NCBI GenBank assembly: GCA_036785375.1
Contig: JAWMAR010000892.1
Location: forward strand, 310,001 to 374,000
Length of the DNA stretch: 64,000 nucleotides
Direction: 5' to 3'
Source of the DNA: Leucoraja ocellata
Taxonomy: Eukaryota
The translations under genes and the position numbers were made by a program. Below the pieces are notes generated by a model. That model was not told the DNA's origin and did no database searches. It was given only the letters and a program-made list of their open reading frames with translations. Positions within the stretch are counted from its first letter, which is position 1. The number at the start of each line of letters is the position of its first letter. Below, in pieces: positions 62,201-64,000 of the stretch.

Positions 62201-63941
62201 GCAAGATCCTGAGCCGAAACGTCGATTGTCTGTTTGCCTCCACAGATGCTGTCTGTCCCACAAGCCCTCATCACTCAACGTGTACAAACACTAGCCGTCC
62301 CATCCTTTAAACGTTGCCCCTCTCACCTGAACGCTACGGCCTCTGATTCACCCTGATGATGCCTCATAAACAAGTAAGAATACATTTCAAACAAGATGGA
62401 CTTTTTCAGTGAAAGACCGACTCAGTAAAGACTGATACATAAAGAAGTAAACAAATTGTACCCACCCCATCACTTCACACCAGCCACTCCCTCTTCTCCC
62501 TTCTCCCATCAGGTAATATAGAAGTGTGAAAACGCACACCACCAGAGATACAGCGCGGAAACAGGCCCTTCAGCCCACTGAGTTCGCACCGCACATTAAC
62601 TCTATCCTACAGAAGCCAATCCCGGGGAAAACCCACGCAGGTCACAGGGAGAATAGAAACATAGAAAATAGGTGCAGGACGAGGCCATTTGGCCCTTCGA
62701 GCCAGCACCGTCATTCAATGTGATCATGGTTGATCATCCACAATCAACAACCCGTGCCTGCCTTCTCCCCATATCCCTTGATTCCGAATGTGCAAACTCC
62801 GTACAGACAGCACCTGAAGTCGGGATGGATTGCGGGTGTGTGGCGCTGCTGTCTACCTGCGCTTCATCCCGGGTTATCCTACCTTGCTGCTCGCCAAATC
62901 CCTGGATCCATCCGTGCGGGACAGATGCACGACTCCGCAGCTGAAAGGCGCTTGTTCAAAACAACAACAAAATAGGCTTCTAAAGCAAAATAATCAATGT
63001 TTTAATCTTGATATTCTGTTACTAGGAGTCAATGTCAGTTTCACTCTCTGCTCTGGAGACCGAAACTGTCTTCCTGGAGTGAAATTGTCAATTGAAAGTA
63101 TTGAGAATGTTTTCTGAACTTTCAATGGACAAAAGGCGGGGGCGGCGCCGCAAATTTACCGCCGAGCTTTCCGGACTTTTTTCTGGTAATCTGACTTTTC
63201 ATGTGGCCGTTCACTGGCAATTATAAACGGGTGGAAAAGTCCCCGGTGATGTGTTCCCTAGTGTATGTAGGATAGTGTTCATGTGCGGGGAATCGCTGGT
63301 CAGTGTGGACTCCGCGTTTCCGCGCTGTCTCTCTAAACGTCGAGTTATGGAGCAATGAATATTGTGTAGTCTAATCAGGGTAGGACACATACCTCAAATG
63401 GAAGGGTCCAGGGGAGTACTGAGGAACTCGTGTACCTTGCTGGCCCTGAAGGTGGCAGGACATGTAGATCAGGTGGTGAAGAAAGCAGATGGAATGCTAG
63501 TTTCATTTACACATGGCATACTGTAGAACTGGCTCTTGCCCCTCCACTCTTCATTTTTCTTTCACCCCACCCCTGCAATCAGTCTGAAGATGGGTCCCAA
63601 CCCAAAATGTCACCCATCCATGTTTGGCACGTTCATAAGTTCTAGGTGTAGAATTAGGCCCCATCAAGTCTACTCCGCCATTCAATCTTGGCTGACCTAT
63701 CTTTCCCTCTCAATCTCATTCTCCTGCCTTCTCCCCATAACCCCTGACACCCGTACTAATGTTTTCCAGGGATGCTGAGCCACTGAGTTACTCCGGCATT
63801 TCATATCTTTCCATAGCATGGAGGTCTGTCAACAACTTTGTAAAACATTGGTTAGGCTGCACAAAAACCCAGTTTTTAAAACAATTTAAAACAGTAAGGA
63901 CAAGGAGTTAATAACATAAAAAGCACAGATTTATATAACTA

Positions 63942-64000
63942 CTAGACTAAGTGGGACCCAACGGGAGGCCTGGTCCCCCAACGCAATATTCCCCCTCTCC
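63942..64000 (-). mobile_element. Possible Helitron 3' terminus
   Basis: Minus strand GGGACC..GGTCCC hairpin, short spacer, CTAG, then T. Confidence 0.35.

Overview
Repeat-dense vertebrate genomic DNA, almost certainly from a cartilaginous fish (skate/ray), inferred from HE1-type V-SINEs, their CR1 partner LINEs and Penelope-derived repeats. It contains no prokaryotic features. Most of the window is transposable element: two L1 copies with TSDs, a third L1 missing its 3' part, CR1, L2, Rex1-like and Tx1-clade LINE pieces, a young CsRn1-clade Gypsy provirus, a Mag-type Gypsy remnant, non-autonomous DNA transposons and SINEs. Two host-derived systems stand out. (1) A U2 snRNA gene is cut at nt 37/38, the known target site of the U2-specific retrotransposons Keno (Tx1 clade) and Utopia. 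The polyadenylated insert there is a processed LAMTOR2 mRNA, fused upstream to CR1 and Tx1 pieces, and this ~2 kb chimera occurs twice with different 5' ends. (2) A minus-strand B7-family (ICOSL/CD86-like) gene has had its IgV-IgC module triplicated, apparently by SINE-SINE unequal crossover. All three IgV exons are intact, while each IgC exon is inactivated by a different lesion (nonsense codon, loss of both splice sites, deletion). The predicted product is V-V-V-TM or a secreted single V domain, unless the locus is a young pseudogene: its apparent start codon now reads GTG. All calls come from manual reading; no alignments or database searches were run.
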